Assembly: GCF_032191835.1 (NCBI RefSeq) | Contig: NC_083224.1 | Location: forward strand, 93,620,001 to 93,684,000 | DNA length: 64,000 nt | Direction of reading: 5' to 3' | Origin: Heteronotia binoei | Taxonomy: Eukaryota | Shown: positions 1 through 10,623 of the stretch, piece by piece | How the letters are laid out: every line of letters starts with the position of its first letter | How positions within the stretch are numbered: position 1 is the stretch's first letter | The notes under the pieces: model-generated | Seen by the model: the letters and a program-made list of their open reading frames with translations, nothing else | The model's database searches: none | Told to the model about the DNA's origin: nothing | Made by a program: the position numbers and the translations under genes

Positions 1-61
1 CGCTGACCAGTTCTAGACCTTAGAAAATTAAACAAGTTTTTATATGTTTTTAAGTTCAGGA

Positions 62-995
62 TGGGTCTACATCGTGGACTCTGTGCTTTGCACTGTTGGA
101 AACAACGGTGCCTGTGCCAACTCTGACAGTGATTCTAAAGCTACAAGTGAGGATTTTTGCGCCCATCTACTGGGCATGCTCAGGATCTCCACCACACATG
201 CCCTGGGGGAGGACGCCAGGATCCCGCTAGTTCTCTTCTGACAGTGCATGTGAGCGGACCTCTTCTGTTTTGCTCCAGTCGTTATATTCTTTCCACTTCT
301 TCATAGCTACAAAAAAAGGTTAGAGTTTTATAGTAGTTTAGATTCGTTGTTTATCTTCTTAGATGTTTCCCCACCACCGCCACTGGGCTTATGTGGGAGT
401 GCTTCAAGCATTGTTCCCCCTGTGGGAGCAGCCTTACACCCAACAACGGACACTCTCTTTGTCTCCTCTGCCTGGGAGAAGGTCATCCCACCAATACGTG
501 CCATCGTTGCTTGAAGTTTGGGAAACTAACCCGCAAAAATTGTGCAGCTTGTCTCAGTACAGCCCTTCTGGAATCGTCCCACACAAAATGGGCAAGAAAT
601 CTGCTCCCGAAGGAACTTTGGTATCGGCAGTAGCTTCTTTCTGCACTTACACGCTGTCAAAATTGAGCACATCAGCATCCATGTCAATAGCTGCCTCTAC
701 TTCTGTGACTGTTGATATGTCTGCACCAAAACGACCCTTGTCAACATTACAGACCTCTTCAGCTTCTCCTGTTAAGAAACGGAAGAAAGATAAACATCAC
801 AAGTCAAACAGTGACAAGAGCACACATGGCAGGAAGAAGCGTTTGAACAACCCTTGGAGCAGCTCTGATCCACTTCATCTGATGCCATCTCACATACCAG
901 ACCCGACTCTTTCTGATTTGGTACCTCTTCAGATCTTTCAGACTCCAACTCATTGAATGAACACCCTGGTATGGAAGCCAGCTGATCATGCCCTC
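62..995 (+). mobile_element. Old DIRS1-like retrotransposon, 5' remnant (left ITR plus degenerate Gag N-terminus), cut by a Gypsy LTR
   Basis: 'gtctacatcgtggactctgtgc' resembles the left end of the intact DIRS at 6147. ORF 391-633 (FKHCSPCGSSLTPNNGHSLCLLCLGEGHPTNTCHRC) aligns with the zinc-finger start of ORF 6522-8732. Confidence 0.8.
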
Positions 996-1539
996 TGTCG
1001 CATTCTCAGGGTGCAGGCAGGCAGGAGTCCAAAGCCAGTCCAAGGTCAAAGTCCAGGAAGTCAAGCAGGAGCCAGGTCACCAATGCAGAAACACAAACCA
1101 GAATCAGAAGTCAATGTCCAAAAGCCAAAAGGTCAGGGTGCCAAGGAAATCAAGCAGGTCAGGATCAGGAAGGAGCGTGGATGCAAGCCTGAGAATAGAC
1201 TTGTTGCTTCCACAAGATTACCAGGTCCTGGGTGGGAGCTATATGGAGGCCTCAGTCAGCCTGCTCACAAGGTGTCAGGGACTCTGCTAGAACTCAGGGC
1301 TGAGAGATCTGAAGCATTGGCGTGCCTCATGTCTTCACTCTGAACGTTCTTTCCGGAGCCTGCTTCGAACTCTTGAGATAGGAGGAAGGGAGCTTGGAGG
1401 AGATTGATCGTCAACAGCTGACACTGGTGCCGGGAGAGTGATTGATGGGCCAGCTGCTGTTTGTTCAGCTGAGGAATTGGCTGGCAACTCTTCCAGGTCT
1501 GTTAACCCTTCCAGCTCCTCCTTGTCAGGGCTCATGACA
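996..1539 (-). repeat. 3' LTR of the Gypsy element (~544 bp)
   Basis: On the minus strand it begins TGTCATGAG right after the purine-rich tract GGGGTGGGATAG. The distal TG..CA end at 996 (tgtcgca) is inferred, because no second LTR is available for comparison. Confidence 0.7.
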
Positions 1540-4500
1540 CTATCCCACCCCCGCAGGACCCCCCCCCCCAAAAAAGACGGGCCAGGCCGGTCAGGGTAGG
1601 CCGTGTGGAGCTGCTGCACAAGGTCTGGGATGTGTAGGCTGCCCACAGGTTCCTGTGAATGGTCCTCGGGGCCATAGCCTTCCCAGTCCACAAGGTACTG
1701 GAGGTCCCCATGGTGGATTCGGGAGTTCAGGAGCCGGTGGACCTCGTATTCCTCCTTGTCATTGAGCAGGACAGGTGGAGGCGGCGCTAGAGGCAGTGGT
1801 CAGATGGGATCCGGTAGTGTAGCAGGAACTAGGAGGGACTAGTGAAAGATCGGGTGGATGCGGAGGGTGACCGGAAGCTGTAGCCGGAAAGCGGCAAGAT
1901 TGATTTGGACCATGCTCGGGCAAGGCCCCGCGAAGTGAACCGATATAGCGGGCCACGTTGACATGGACGCGAGGGCACCAGAACTCCCGCAGGAGCAGAT
2001 GCAGGGTCTTGTGTTGGCGGAAGTGCCCCGCAGGAGGGAAGTCGTGGGTCAGGTGGAGCATGTCAGCCCGGAGGGGCCCCAGAGGCACATATAGGAGGCC
2101 ACGGTGCAGGAGGAGACCTTGGTGGGTAGAGAGGTCCCCGGCCGGGCCGTCTTGCGCTTCCAGGAGGCGTGGCTGGCATGGAAGTCTGCAGCTAAGGTCG
2201 GGCGAGTTGTGGTGGCAGCGAAGACCAAGGGTGCAAGGATGAACCCAGTTGGGGTCTCCTCCGTTAGAGGCACAGCGTACTCCGGTTTTTGGGAGAGGGT
2301 GTCCGCTTTCCGGTTCTGGTTCTGCAGGATGTAGGTGATCCGGAAGTCAAACCGAGAAAAGAAGAGGGACCATCGGATCTGACGCTGGGTGAGGCATTGA
2401 GCAGTCTGTAGATGTTCCAGGTTCCAGTGGTCAGTCAGGACCTGGATGGGGTGGCGGGCCCCTTCAAGGTGATGCCTCCAAACCTTGAAGGCAGTCTTGA
2501 TGGCCAGGAGTTCCCGCTCCCAGATGGTGTAGTTGCGCTGTGCGGGCATCAGCTGCTGTGAGTAATATGCGCAGGGTTGTAGCGGCTGGGAGGGTCCCCC
2601 TGCTGGTATAGCACTGCGCCGAGGGCCATGCTGGAGGCATCAATCTCTGCTGTGAACGGCAGCTGCGGGTCTGGGTAACATAGGAGTGGCTCGGTGGTGA
2701 AGCAGGTTTTTAGGGTGGTGAAGGCATGGTCTGCCTCTGGAATCCAGTGAAATGGCTCTTTGGGCCAGAGGAGCTGGGTCAGAGGCATGGTTACGTCGGC
2801 ATAGGCAGGGATGAACTGGTGGTAATAATTGGAAAAGCCAAGGAACCGCTGTACGTCCTTGCAGTTCTGTGGCATCTGCCAGGTTAGGACTGCCTTGACA
2901 TTATTCGGGTGCATCCGAGTCCCATGGGGTGAGATGATGTGGCCAAGGAACTCGACTGCTGTTAAGTTGAAGGCACACTTCTCTAGCTTGGCGTAAAGAC
3001 CATTCTCGTGCAGGTGTTGCAGGACATGGCAGATGTGCCCTGCGTGCTGGGCGGGGCTTTGGGAATAAATTAAAGTGTTATCTAAATAAACAATCACAAA
3101 GCGGTCGAGCAGGTTGCAGAAGATGGCGTTCATCAGCCTTTGGTCAGGCCGAAGGGCATCACGAGATACTCGTACTGGCCATAGCGGGTCCTGAATGCCG
3201 TCTTCCATTCGTCTCCTGCACGGATCTGCACCAAGTTGTATGCGATCTGGAGGTCCAGCTTGGTATAGACCTGGGCCCCCTTAAGGCGATCCAGTAGTTC
3301 TGGGATCAGTGACAAAGGGTAGCGGTCCCAGACGGTGATTTTTTTCAGGGTTTGGTAGCCCTTGCAGGGCTGGAGCTTGCTGCTTTTCTTCTTGACAAAG
3401 AGAACAGGGGCGGACAGTGGGGATGTGGATGGCCGGATGAAACCCCATTCCAGATTTTTGGCGAGGAAGTCCCGCAGGGCTGCTAGCTCCAGTTTGGACA
3501 TGGGGTAGAGCCGCCCCATGGGCAGGGGTGCCCCTGGTACCAAATTGATGGTGCAGTCATAAGGCCAGTGCGGGGGGAGCTGGTCGGCCCCCTTTTCCTC
3601 AAAGACATCGGCAAAGTCTGTGTAGGCTGGGGGAAGTAGAGGACCAGCAGTCGGGGCGGTGGTGGCCAGGGTGGCCGACCGGGCCTGGTGAGGACAAGGG
3701 TCCTTGAAGCTCAGCTTTCCCTGTGCCCAGTTCAAGAGGGGGTTGTGCTTTACGAGCCAGGAGAGTCCCAGAATGAGGGGAAAGTGGGGCATGCGAGCAG
3801 CATCAAATTGTACTTGCTCATGATGGTGATGGATCTGGAGCGTGACCAGGTGGTCTCCTGGGTCACCGGACCGAAGTGGAGGAGGTGCCTGTCGATGGCT
3901 ACAACCAGGGTCAGGGTGTCTGTCCTGCTCTGGGATGTGGTGTTGCTTCACAAAGGCCATGTCGATGAAGCAGAGAGCGGCCCCTGAGTCGACCATGGCG
4001 TAGATGAACAGCCAACGCCCATCCGGCAAGCCAAGTGTGACCTGTATGAGAAACGGGCCCTGGCCAGTAACATAGGGTTCAGGGGACCTGGCTAGGTGCC
4101 CCAAGTCGGGGGGTCCACTCAGACTTGGGGCTGGTCTTTTACTGCCGGCGGTGGCATGGTACTGGGCTGAGTGTGCTTGGGGGGACAGCTGGAGGAGAAG
4201 TGCCCCGCCCCTCCACAGTACAGGCAGAGATTCTGTGAGCAGCGCCGTGCTTTTTCCTCGGGTAAGCCACGGCTGTGCAGCCCTGAGTTGCATAGGCTCG
4301 GGGTCGTCAGTCCTGGGGTTGGCACCGTTGCTGGGCGGCGAAGCAGCTGAGAGGGACGGACGCTGCTGCGCGCTTGGTGGCGGCTTTCCAGGTGGCCATC
4401 GATACGGAGACACAGCATGATTAGGCCTTGCAGCGTGGCCTGTCGGTATACTCGTGCCAGCTCATCAAGGACTTCGTCAGCCAGCCGCTCCATATACTGG

Positions 4501-4600
4501 TCCATGAGGGCAGCCTCGTTCCAGGCCAGGTCTTGGGTCAGAAGCTTGAACTCAGTGGAGTATTGGGGAACCGAATCTCTACCCTGCTTCAGGGTCTGGA
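996..4600 (-). mobile_element. Ty3/Gypsy chromovirus (Sushi-like) LTR retrotransposon, 5'-truncated and defective
   Basis: Minus-strand domains: gag remnant with CLYCGGAGHFSSSC knuckle, protease VDSGA, RT (TAFRTRYGQYEYLVMPFGL; YLDN instead of YLDD), RNase H (ELLAIK..WRHHLEG..TDH), integrase Zn finger, GPY/F-like motif, chromodomain (EYEVHRLLNSR..YLVDWEGYGPE). PPT and 3' LTR present; frameshifted. Confidence 0.93.
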
Positions 4601-4658
4601 TCTATAGAGAGTACAGCAGTGAGCCTATAAAATCTATAGAGAGTACAGCAGTGAGCCT
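4601..4658 (+). repeat. 26-bp direct duplication with a 6-bp spacer at the Gypsy truncation breakpoint
   Basis: tctatagagagtacagcagtgagcct at 4601-4626 and 4633-4658. Confidence 0.9.
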
Positions 4659-5220
4659 TCAAGGTCAGTTGAGTTGTGAACCAGAAATGGTCTGTGTAGC
4701 ACCAGCGCTGTTTTTTTTTTTTAAAAATGATTTCTATAAAACATTTCTGTGTTTCATTTCTGCCCAAATAGGGGTCCCCAAGGCAGCAAACATCAAGACA
4801 TTAAAACAGCATTTAAAATGTATACATAAAATATTTAACAATGCAATAAAAACTTGTAGAAATACAGATAACACAAACCAGGGAGGGGGCCAATAAGCAT
4901 TTACTAGAGGTACAACAAATTTAAAAAGTCTTTACCCACTGGTGGAAGACAAGACATACAGGCAGATCTTGCCACTGTTACCACCTGTTTATCCAACATA
5001 AAGCCCAGGTCCAGCAACACCCCCAAGCTATGAACCCACTCCTTTAGGAGGAGTGCAACTCCATACATAACAGGTTATATCCCCCCATTCCTAGGTTATA
5101 TCCCCCCACTAATAGCACCACTGTTTTGTCTGGATCAAGTTTGTTTATTAGCCCTAATCCTTCCCAAAACTGCTTCAAGGCATGGTTCCCAGTTTCTACA
5201 TCCTACTTGGGATCTGCTGG

Positions 5221-5379
5221 AGCTGAGTTAATGTGAGCTAGCTCACAGATTTTTGTCTTAGCTCAAGAAGGTGACCCCAGAGCAGAATAATTTATGCAGT
5301 AGCTCACAACTTTAATGCTAGTAGCTCACAAAGTAGAATTTTTGCTCACAAGACTTTTTGCAGCTTAGAGGGAACATTG
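5221..5379. mobile_element. hAT-like MITE, partial (same family as 57187-57379)
   Basis: Body matches 57187-57379; right TIR gcttagagggaacattg. Confidence 0.55.
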
Positions 5380-5394
5380 GTTGGGAGTACAACA

Positions 5395-5760
5395 AAAAGC
5401 TGAATGTCATCTGCATATTCATGACAACTCAGCCCAAATCTCTAGATCCCCAGTCCCAGTGGCTTTACATAGATGTTGAAAAGCATGAGATCAGGATAGA
5501 ACCTTGCAGGACCCTGTAAGCCAGAGACCAAGGGTGAAGGCAGAAATCCTCCAGCATCACATTCTGAAAACTACCTTTGACGTAGGACTTGAAACAATCT
5601 CAGAGCAGTGCCTCCCAGTCCCTGCCCTGGAATGTGGTCCAGAAGGATACCATGATTGAAGGTACAAAAAACTGCTGAGAGGTCCAAGAGAATTAAAATG
5701 GCCATACTCCCCCTGTCCCTTTCTCAGCTCAGGTCATCCACAACCAAGGGTCTTTTGGAC
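5395..5760 (-). mobile_element. Degenerate L2-clade LINE RT fragment
   Basis: The reverse complement of ctgaatgtcatctgcata encodes YADDIQ; similar to the L2 ORF at 21308-22849. Confidence 0.6.
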
Positions 5761-6146
5761 TCATGACCAGGCTTGAAACAGACTGGAATGGATTAAATAT
5801 ACAATGTTCCGTTATGAGGTTGTGTTAGATGTAACTAGTAATTTTCCATGTTCCAACAACTTACCCTTGGCAAGTTGTTTTCTTGTGGTAAGAAGCTGTG
5901 ATGATGTTTGGCTGTGTACTCCACTCCCTTGTCTCGAGGTTTTAATGGTTAGCAGAATAGTGAGCACCTTCTCAAAATAAGTGTTATTTCAGTCCTGCAG
6001 TTTTTACAGCTTCCAGCTCTTTGGTTGGATGGGAACCTATAGCTAGAAACAGCTTCACATGATTATTATTAGGGATGGGCATAAACCAAACCACAAAACA
6101 AAATTTGTCATGAGTCTTGCCATGTTCATGGTTCACAAACAGGCTG

Positions 6147-6332
6147 ATCTTCATCGTGGTCTCTGTGCAGTCCCACATATGGGTTTATCCGCCAGGATCG
6201 AGCCCATCTCGGAGTATTCAAAGCAATCCTAAAGCGTTATTTTTGGCGCGCCTTTCCCCTCGTCCCGGGGAGGGGGCAGCGACTGCGCATGCCCAGACGA
6301 GGGGGGAGGCGGCCAACCCACTCAGTTTCTTC
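6147..6332 (+). repeat. DIRS left ITR
   Basis: 6164-6332 is the reverse complement of ~11911-12080, apart from one substitution and a 1-bp G-run indel. Confidence 0.92.
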
Positions 6333-6521
6333 TCTACCGCCGTCCGGAAAACACCTATCTCGCTGATCTCCCGCTTCATTGCAGTCCTTTCACCCTTTCC
6401 GATCTACGTCGTTCTTCGCTTCGTTCCTCTTCTCTTCATTCTGGTATCGTAAAAAAAAAAAAAAATCTTTCTCTCTACTTCGTCTTTTCGTCCTCCCCCC
6501 CCCCCCTCTCTCTCCGGGCGG

Positions 6522-8732
6522 ATGGAAAGGAAGGGAAAAGAAAAAATTACTTTCAAAAGGTGCGTTCGCTGTGCAGCGAAAATACCATCGACCGACGGGC
6601 ATTCTCTTTGCCTTTTCTGCCTCGGTGAGGCCCACCGAACAGACTCGTGTGTGCACTGTAGCCAGTTCGGCAAACAAGCGAGAAAAAACCGCGCGGCAAG
6701 ACTCAAAAGCCACTTACTAGAGTCCTCTCTTCACCCGGTTATGGCGCAAGCCTCAGTCTCGCAGTCCTCTCCGTCTTCCCTACTTTCAAAGGGAGCGAAT
6801 CCGCCGGTTGCTTCCGTGGCGCAGGCTCCCAGCAAGCATAAATCCGGCAAGCACCACAAGAAGTCTGACGACTCTAAGAAACGACACCGTACCGAGTTGA
6901 CCCCGAGGGATTCTTCGACTCCGGATGACCCTTCGAACCCGAAGTCTCCCAAGAGACAGAAACTCAGCCGCAAGCCTCTCGAACCCGGCACCGTGATTCG
7001 ACCTCTCGAACCCGTCGTCATAATCAGGCCCGACACACCTCGACCGACTACGACCACCGTTCCCTCGAACCGGCCTACTCCGGCTTCGAAATCCACTTCG
7101 ACTCTGGCCATCACGCCACTGGAAATAGTGCGCATCAGCTCAAGATCTCCATCAGTGCACGAATCGCTGCCAGACCAAATCTTAGATACCAAGTCCCCGA
7201 AGTCGATGAGAAGTCAACACCTCATTCCTCTCGAGGACCGCTTCCGTGAGATCCCTACGCTCCATCCTGTCACTACGCCAGTGTTAACCAGGAACCCCTC
7301 GACTCCGAGAGAACTTCCTCGACCCCGAGACTTCAGATCCCAAAGTGGACATAAGGACCATTACTATTATTATTCTCCTTCAAGATCTCGATCTCCATCA
7401 CCTCACAGATATTACAGATACCCTAGATCACCCTCTCCCGGCTTCTACAGACATCGCAACCAGGAGCGCTCTCGGTCCCGCGAGGATTCCAGATTCCGAG
7501 AGAGGCCTTACTACAAGGACCATTCCGACGAACGTGTCCGCCCTAGGTACCGAAACCCGTCTCCTCATGAATACCAGAGGCCTAAACTACCTTCTCCTAT
7601 CAATCCGACACAACCTCCTAGACCGGAGCCTCCTGCACCTGAAAAGGTCAACAAAACTCCAGACGCTGACATTAATGATTCAGAGACTGAACAATCTGTA
7701 TCGTCCAATTCCTCAGTCTCAGACCTCCATTCTCCAGACTCCGACATAGTTAAGCCTGCAGATCTCTCTCCATCAGAAGGCCCTAAGTCGTACCTGGACC
7801 TTCTATCTAACATGGCTACTTCTCTTAATGTGAAGTTGACTACTGATGTACCAAGAGTCTCTGACGTGGTTTACGACCTGGTGCATGCAGATCTTCCTAC
7901 AGGATCTTCCTTTCCCATGCTCCCAGTCCACCTAGAGACTTTAAAAGAAGCATGGGACAAGCCAGCCTCGGTACCTCCGACGTCTAAGAGAGTTGAGGCA
8001 CTTTACAAGGTACACGCGCCAGAGTCTAAGTTCCTTTTCAACCATCCGGCTCCCAACTCTATGATTGTCCATTCTTCCTCTAAATCTAAACAAACTAGGC
8101 ACCCAGTTCCTCCCGAGAAGGAAGGTAAAAAGCTGGACACCATTGGGAGAAAAATTTATTCCCTCACCACGGCCACTACCAAGATACATAATTATATGGC
8201 TTATTTTTCCGCGTATGCTTACAACCTTACTACGCAACTCAGTTCTTTGGTCACTGCCCTTCCAGAACCTGCTCAGAAGCAAGCCAACCACGCGCTGCAG
8301 GAGCTCTCCAGAGTGAGCAAGCAACAGATAAATACTGCCCGCCATGCAGTCCAATGCTCCTCCAGAACCTTAGCTTCAGCCATCGCCCTGCGCAGACACG
8401 CATGGCTCAGGTCTTCTTCTCTGCAGCCTGACATCAAGTTCAAAATTGAGGACTTGCCTTTTGATGGCCTGGGCCTATTTAACGCTACAATGGATGACAT
8501 ACTCACCAACGTTGATGATAGTAGGAAAAGAGCGAAGAGGCTAGGTGTCACCCAGCCTCCAACCGCCTCCAAACCTAGACCTTGGAAACCTAGTTATTTC
8601 AAACGATCCAGATCTCCGCGCCAAAACGAGCCATGGAGGCGCAAACCGACTCAAACTAAACAACCATTTCAACAGAGGGCACGCCCTCAAACTGCAAAAA
8701 AGTCAACACCGACCAATAAGCAGTCTCTTTGA
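6522..8732 (+). CDS. DIRS ORF1 Gag-like protein (N-terminal Cys/His finger, RS/P-rich middle, LAP2alpha-like C-terminal domain)
   Basis: 736-aa intact ORF; CxxC..CxxC..H..CxxC finger; C-terminal KLDTIGRKIY..ALRRHAWLRSS..IEDLPFDG typical of vertebrate DIRS Gag. Confidence 0.9.
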   Translation: MERKGKEKITFKRCVRCAAKIPSTDGHSLCLFCLGEAHRTDSCVHCSQFGKQARKNRAARLKSHLLESSLHPVMAQASVSQSSPSSLLSKGANPPVASVAQAPSKHKSGKHHKKSDDSKKRHRTELTPRDSSTPDDPSNPKSPKRQKLSRKPLEPGTVIRPLEPVVIIRPDTPRPTTTTVPSNRPTPASKSTSTLAITPLEIVRISSRSPSVHESLPDQILDTKSPKSMRSQHLIPLEDRFREIPTLHPVTTPVLTRNPSTPRELPRPRDFRSQSGHKDHYYYYSPSRSRSPSPHRYYRYPRSPSPGFYRHRNQERSRSREDSRFRERPYYKDHSDERVRPRYRNPSPHEYQRPKLPSPINPTQPPRPEPPAPEKVNKTPDADINDSETEQSVSSNSSVSDLHSPDSDIVKPADLSPSEGPKSYLDLLSNMATSLNVKLTTDVPRVSDVVYDLVHADLPTGSSFPMLPVHLETLKEAWDKPASVPPTSKRVEALYKVHAPESKFLFNHPAPNSMIVHSSSKSKQTRHPVPPEKEGKKLDTIGRKIYSLTTATTKIHNYMAYFSAYAYNLTTQLSSLVTALPEPAQKQANHALQELSRVSKQQINTARHAVQCSSRTLASAIALRRHAWLRSSSLQPDIKFKIEDLPFDGLGLFNATMDDILTNVDDSRKRAKRLGVTQPPTASKPRPWKPSYFKRSRSPRQNEPWRRKPTQTKQPFQQRARPQTAKKSTPTNKQSL

Positions 8733-10623
8733 CTTCCCCACCCCTCTCCTACCACCTCATCGCCTAGACATCAGACTGCAGCCGTTCTTCCACAATTGGG
8801 AAACCATAACTTCCGACTCCTGGGTACTCTCCATCATTCTAAACGGGTACTCAATAGAGTTCAGTTCGACCCCAACACACCGCAGGTTCATCTCTACTCC
8901 TCCATCACCTCATCTTCTCCAGGAAGTAGCAACCTTGCTGGCCAAGGGGGCCATAGAACCAGTCCCCCCTCAATGTCATCACACTGGCTTCCACTCCTGC
9001 TACTTTCTCGTTCCCAAAAGAGACGGGGGGCTGCGCCCTATACTAGATCTCAGGAAACTCAACCACCATATTCGCTACAAGAAATTCCGAATGGTCACAC
9101 TCCAATCCATCCTTCCGTTGATCCCAGAACAAGCTTGGATGGCTTCAATAGATCTCCAGGATGCGTATTTCCACCTTTCCATCAGCCAACATCACAGGAG
9201 ATTCCTCAGATTTGCCATAGGGGATCAACACTACCAATTCCGTGCTCTTCCTTTCGGCCTCTCTACAGCCCCGAGGGTGTTTACGAAGTGCATGGCGGTG
9301 GTAGTAGCAATGCTGAGACAACAACGCATCTCCATTTACCCATATATAGACGACTGGCTAGTCGTCTCCCATTCCAAGGAACAACTCCAGTCAGATGTCT
9401 CGATGACCCTGTCCCTCCTGGCCTCTTTGGGCCTCCAAGTCAACATCTCCAAATCGAATCTAACCCCTACTCAATCAATACAATTTATAGGGGCCCACCT
9501 CTCGACTGTGTCATGCAAGGCATATCTACCAACAGACAGAGCACAACACATTATGTCTCTGGCCAGGGACATTATTCTACATCGTTCTCAGACAGCCTTC
9601 ACCTTTCAGAGGATGCTGGGCCTCATGGCCGCCACCACCTCGGTGCTTCAGTTTGCCAAACTGCACATGCGTCCTCTGCAGTTGTGGTTTGTGAGGACCT
9701 TCCATCCTCAGCGTCAACACCAGCTCACTATGCTCACGATCCCAGCTCACATCATCCCTTCTCTCGAATGGTGGACTGTGCGCCATCACCTTCTCAAGGG
9801 GATGTCCTTTGTCCAGACTCCTCCCTCGGTGATTGTCACCGCAGACACTTCAAAGTGGGGATGGGGAGCCCACTTAGGACAGCTTACAGTTCAGGGCCAG
9901 TGGACGGAGTACGAGAGCTCCCTCCACATAAATTGTCTGGAGCTGATGGCAGTCCACAGGGCCCTACGATCTTTCCTGCCATCGCTTCACAACAAGCATG
10001 TCCAAGTCACATCGGACAACATCACTACCGTCTTCTACATAAACCGGCAGGGGGGCACTGCCTCCATCAGACTTTGCAAAAGAGCCCTAAGCCTGTGGCA
10101 CTGGAGCATTGCCCACGGCATTTTCCTATCTGCTGTGCATCTACCCGGAACCCTAAATGTGCAAGCAGACACCCTCAGCCGATGTCCCATCAACGATCAC
10201 GAGTGGTCCATCAACCGCCGTTATCTCCTTCCGCTATTTCAGAGATTCGGCACACCGGACATAGATGCCTTTGCAACACAGGACAACGCTCAATGCCCGT
10301 GCTTCTTCACACGAGGCCAGCCGTCTCCACTGTCAGCAGGGGATGCCTTCCTACAATCCTGGAGTGGTCCAATGCTGTACATGTTTCCACCAATTCCTCT
10401 CATTACGAGAGTATTGCAAAAAATCATGATGGACGGTGCCAACTGCATCTTAGTGACTCCATGGTGGCCACGTCAGCCTTGGTTCACCACTCTCCTCCTG
10501 CTGTCGCACGGCCTCTTTCACCGCTTCCCGCAAGCTCAGGACCTTCTCTCTCAACAGAACGGCAGGGTTCTTCATCACAACCCGACTCTCCTCCGCCTCA
10601 CAGCATGGAGAATCAGTTCCTAA
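8545..10623 (+). CDS. DIRS RT / RNase H / adenine-methyltransferase-like ORF
   Basis: RT motifs RPILDLR, IDLQDAY, FRALPFGLSTAPRVFTK, YIDD; RNase H TADTS, HINCLEL, SDN, NVQADTLSR; MTase-like IDAFAT..YMFPP..PWWPRQPWF. The true start codon is uncertain. Confidence 0.93.
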   Translation: MSPSLQPPPNLDLGNLVISNDPDLRAKTSHGGANRLKLNNHFNRGHALKLQKSQHRPISSLFDFPTPLLPPHRLDIRLQPFFHNWETITSDSWVLSIILNGYSIEFSSTPTHRRFISTPPSPHLLQEVATLLAKGAIEPVPPQCHHTGFHSCYFLVPKRDGGLRPILDLRKLNHHIRYKKFRMVTLQSILPLIPEQAWMASIDLQDAYFHLSISQHHRRFLRFAIGDQHYQFRALPFGLSTAPRVFTKCMAVVVAMLRQQRISIYPYIDDWLVVSHSKEQLQSDVSMTLSLLASLGLQVNISKSNLTPTQSIQFIGAHLSTVSCKAYLPTDRAQHIMSLARDIILHRSQTAFTFQRMLGLMAATTSVLQFAKLHMRPLQLWFVRTFHPQRQHQLTMLTIPAHIIPSLEWWTVRHHLLKGMSFVQTPPSVIVTADTSKWGWGAHLGQLTVQGQWTEYESSLHINCLELMAVHRALRSFLPSLHNKHVQVTSDNITTVFYINRQGGTASIRLCKRALSLWHWSIAHGIFLSAVHLPGTLNVQADTLSRCPINDHEWSINRRYLLPLFQRFGTPDIDAFATQDNAQCPCFFTRGQPSPLSAGDAFLQSWSGPMLYMFPPIPLITRVLQKIMMDGANCILVTPWWPRQPWFTTLLLLSHGLFHRFPQAQDLLSQQNGRVLHHNPTLLRLTAWRISS

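Noticed and set aside
44-241. 65-aa ORF after ttcag, a possible SZT2 exon
   Set aside because: No SZT2-like motif, and it overlaps the left ITR of the old DIRS copy.
363-956. 197-aa ORF as an independent gene
   Set aside because: It is a frameshifted DIRS Gag remnant; the finger motif is in the 391-633 frame.
4601-4658. Repeat-spacer-repeat resembling a CRISPR unit
   Set aside because: Only two copies, a 6-bp spacer, vertebrate intron context and no cas genes.
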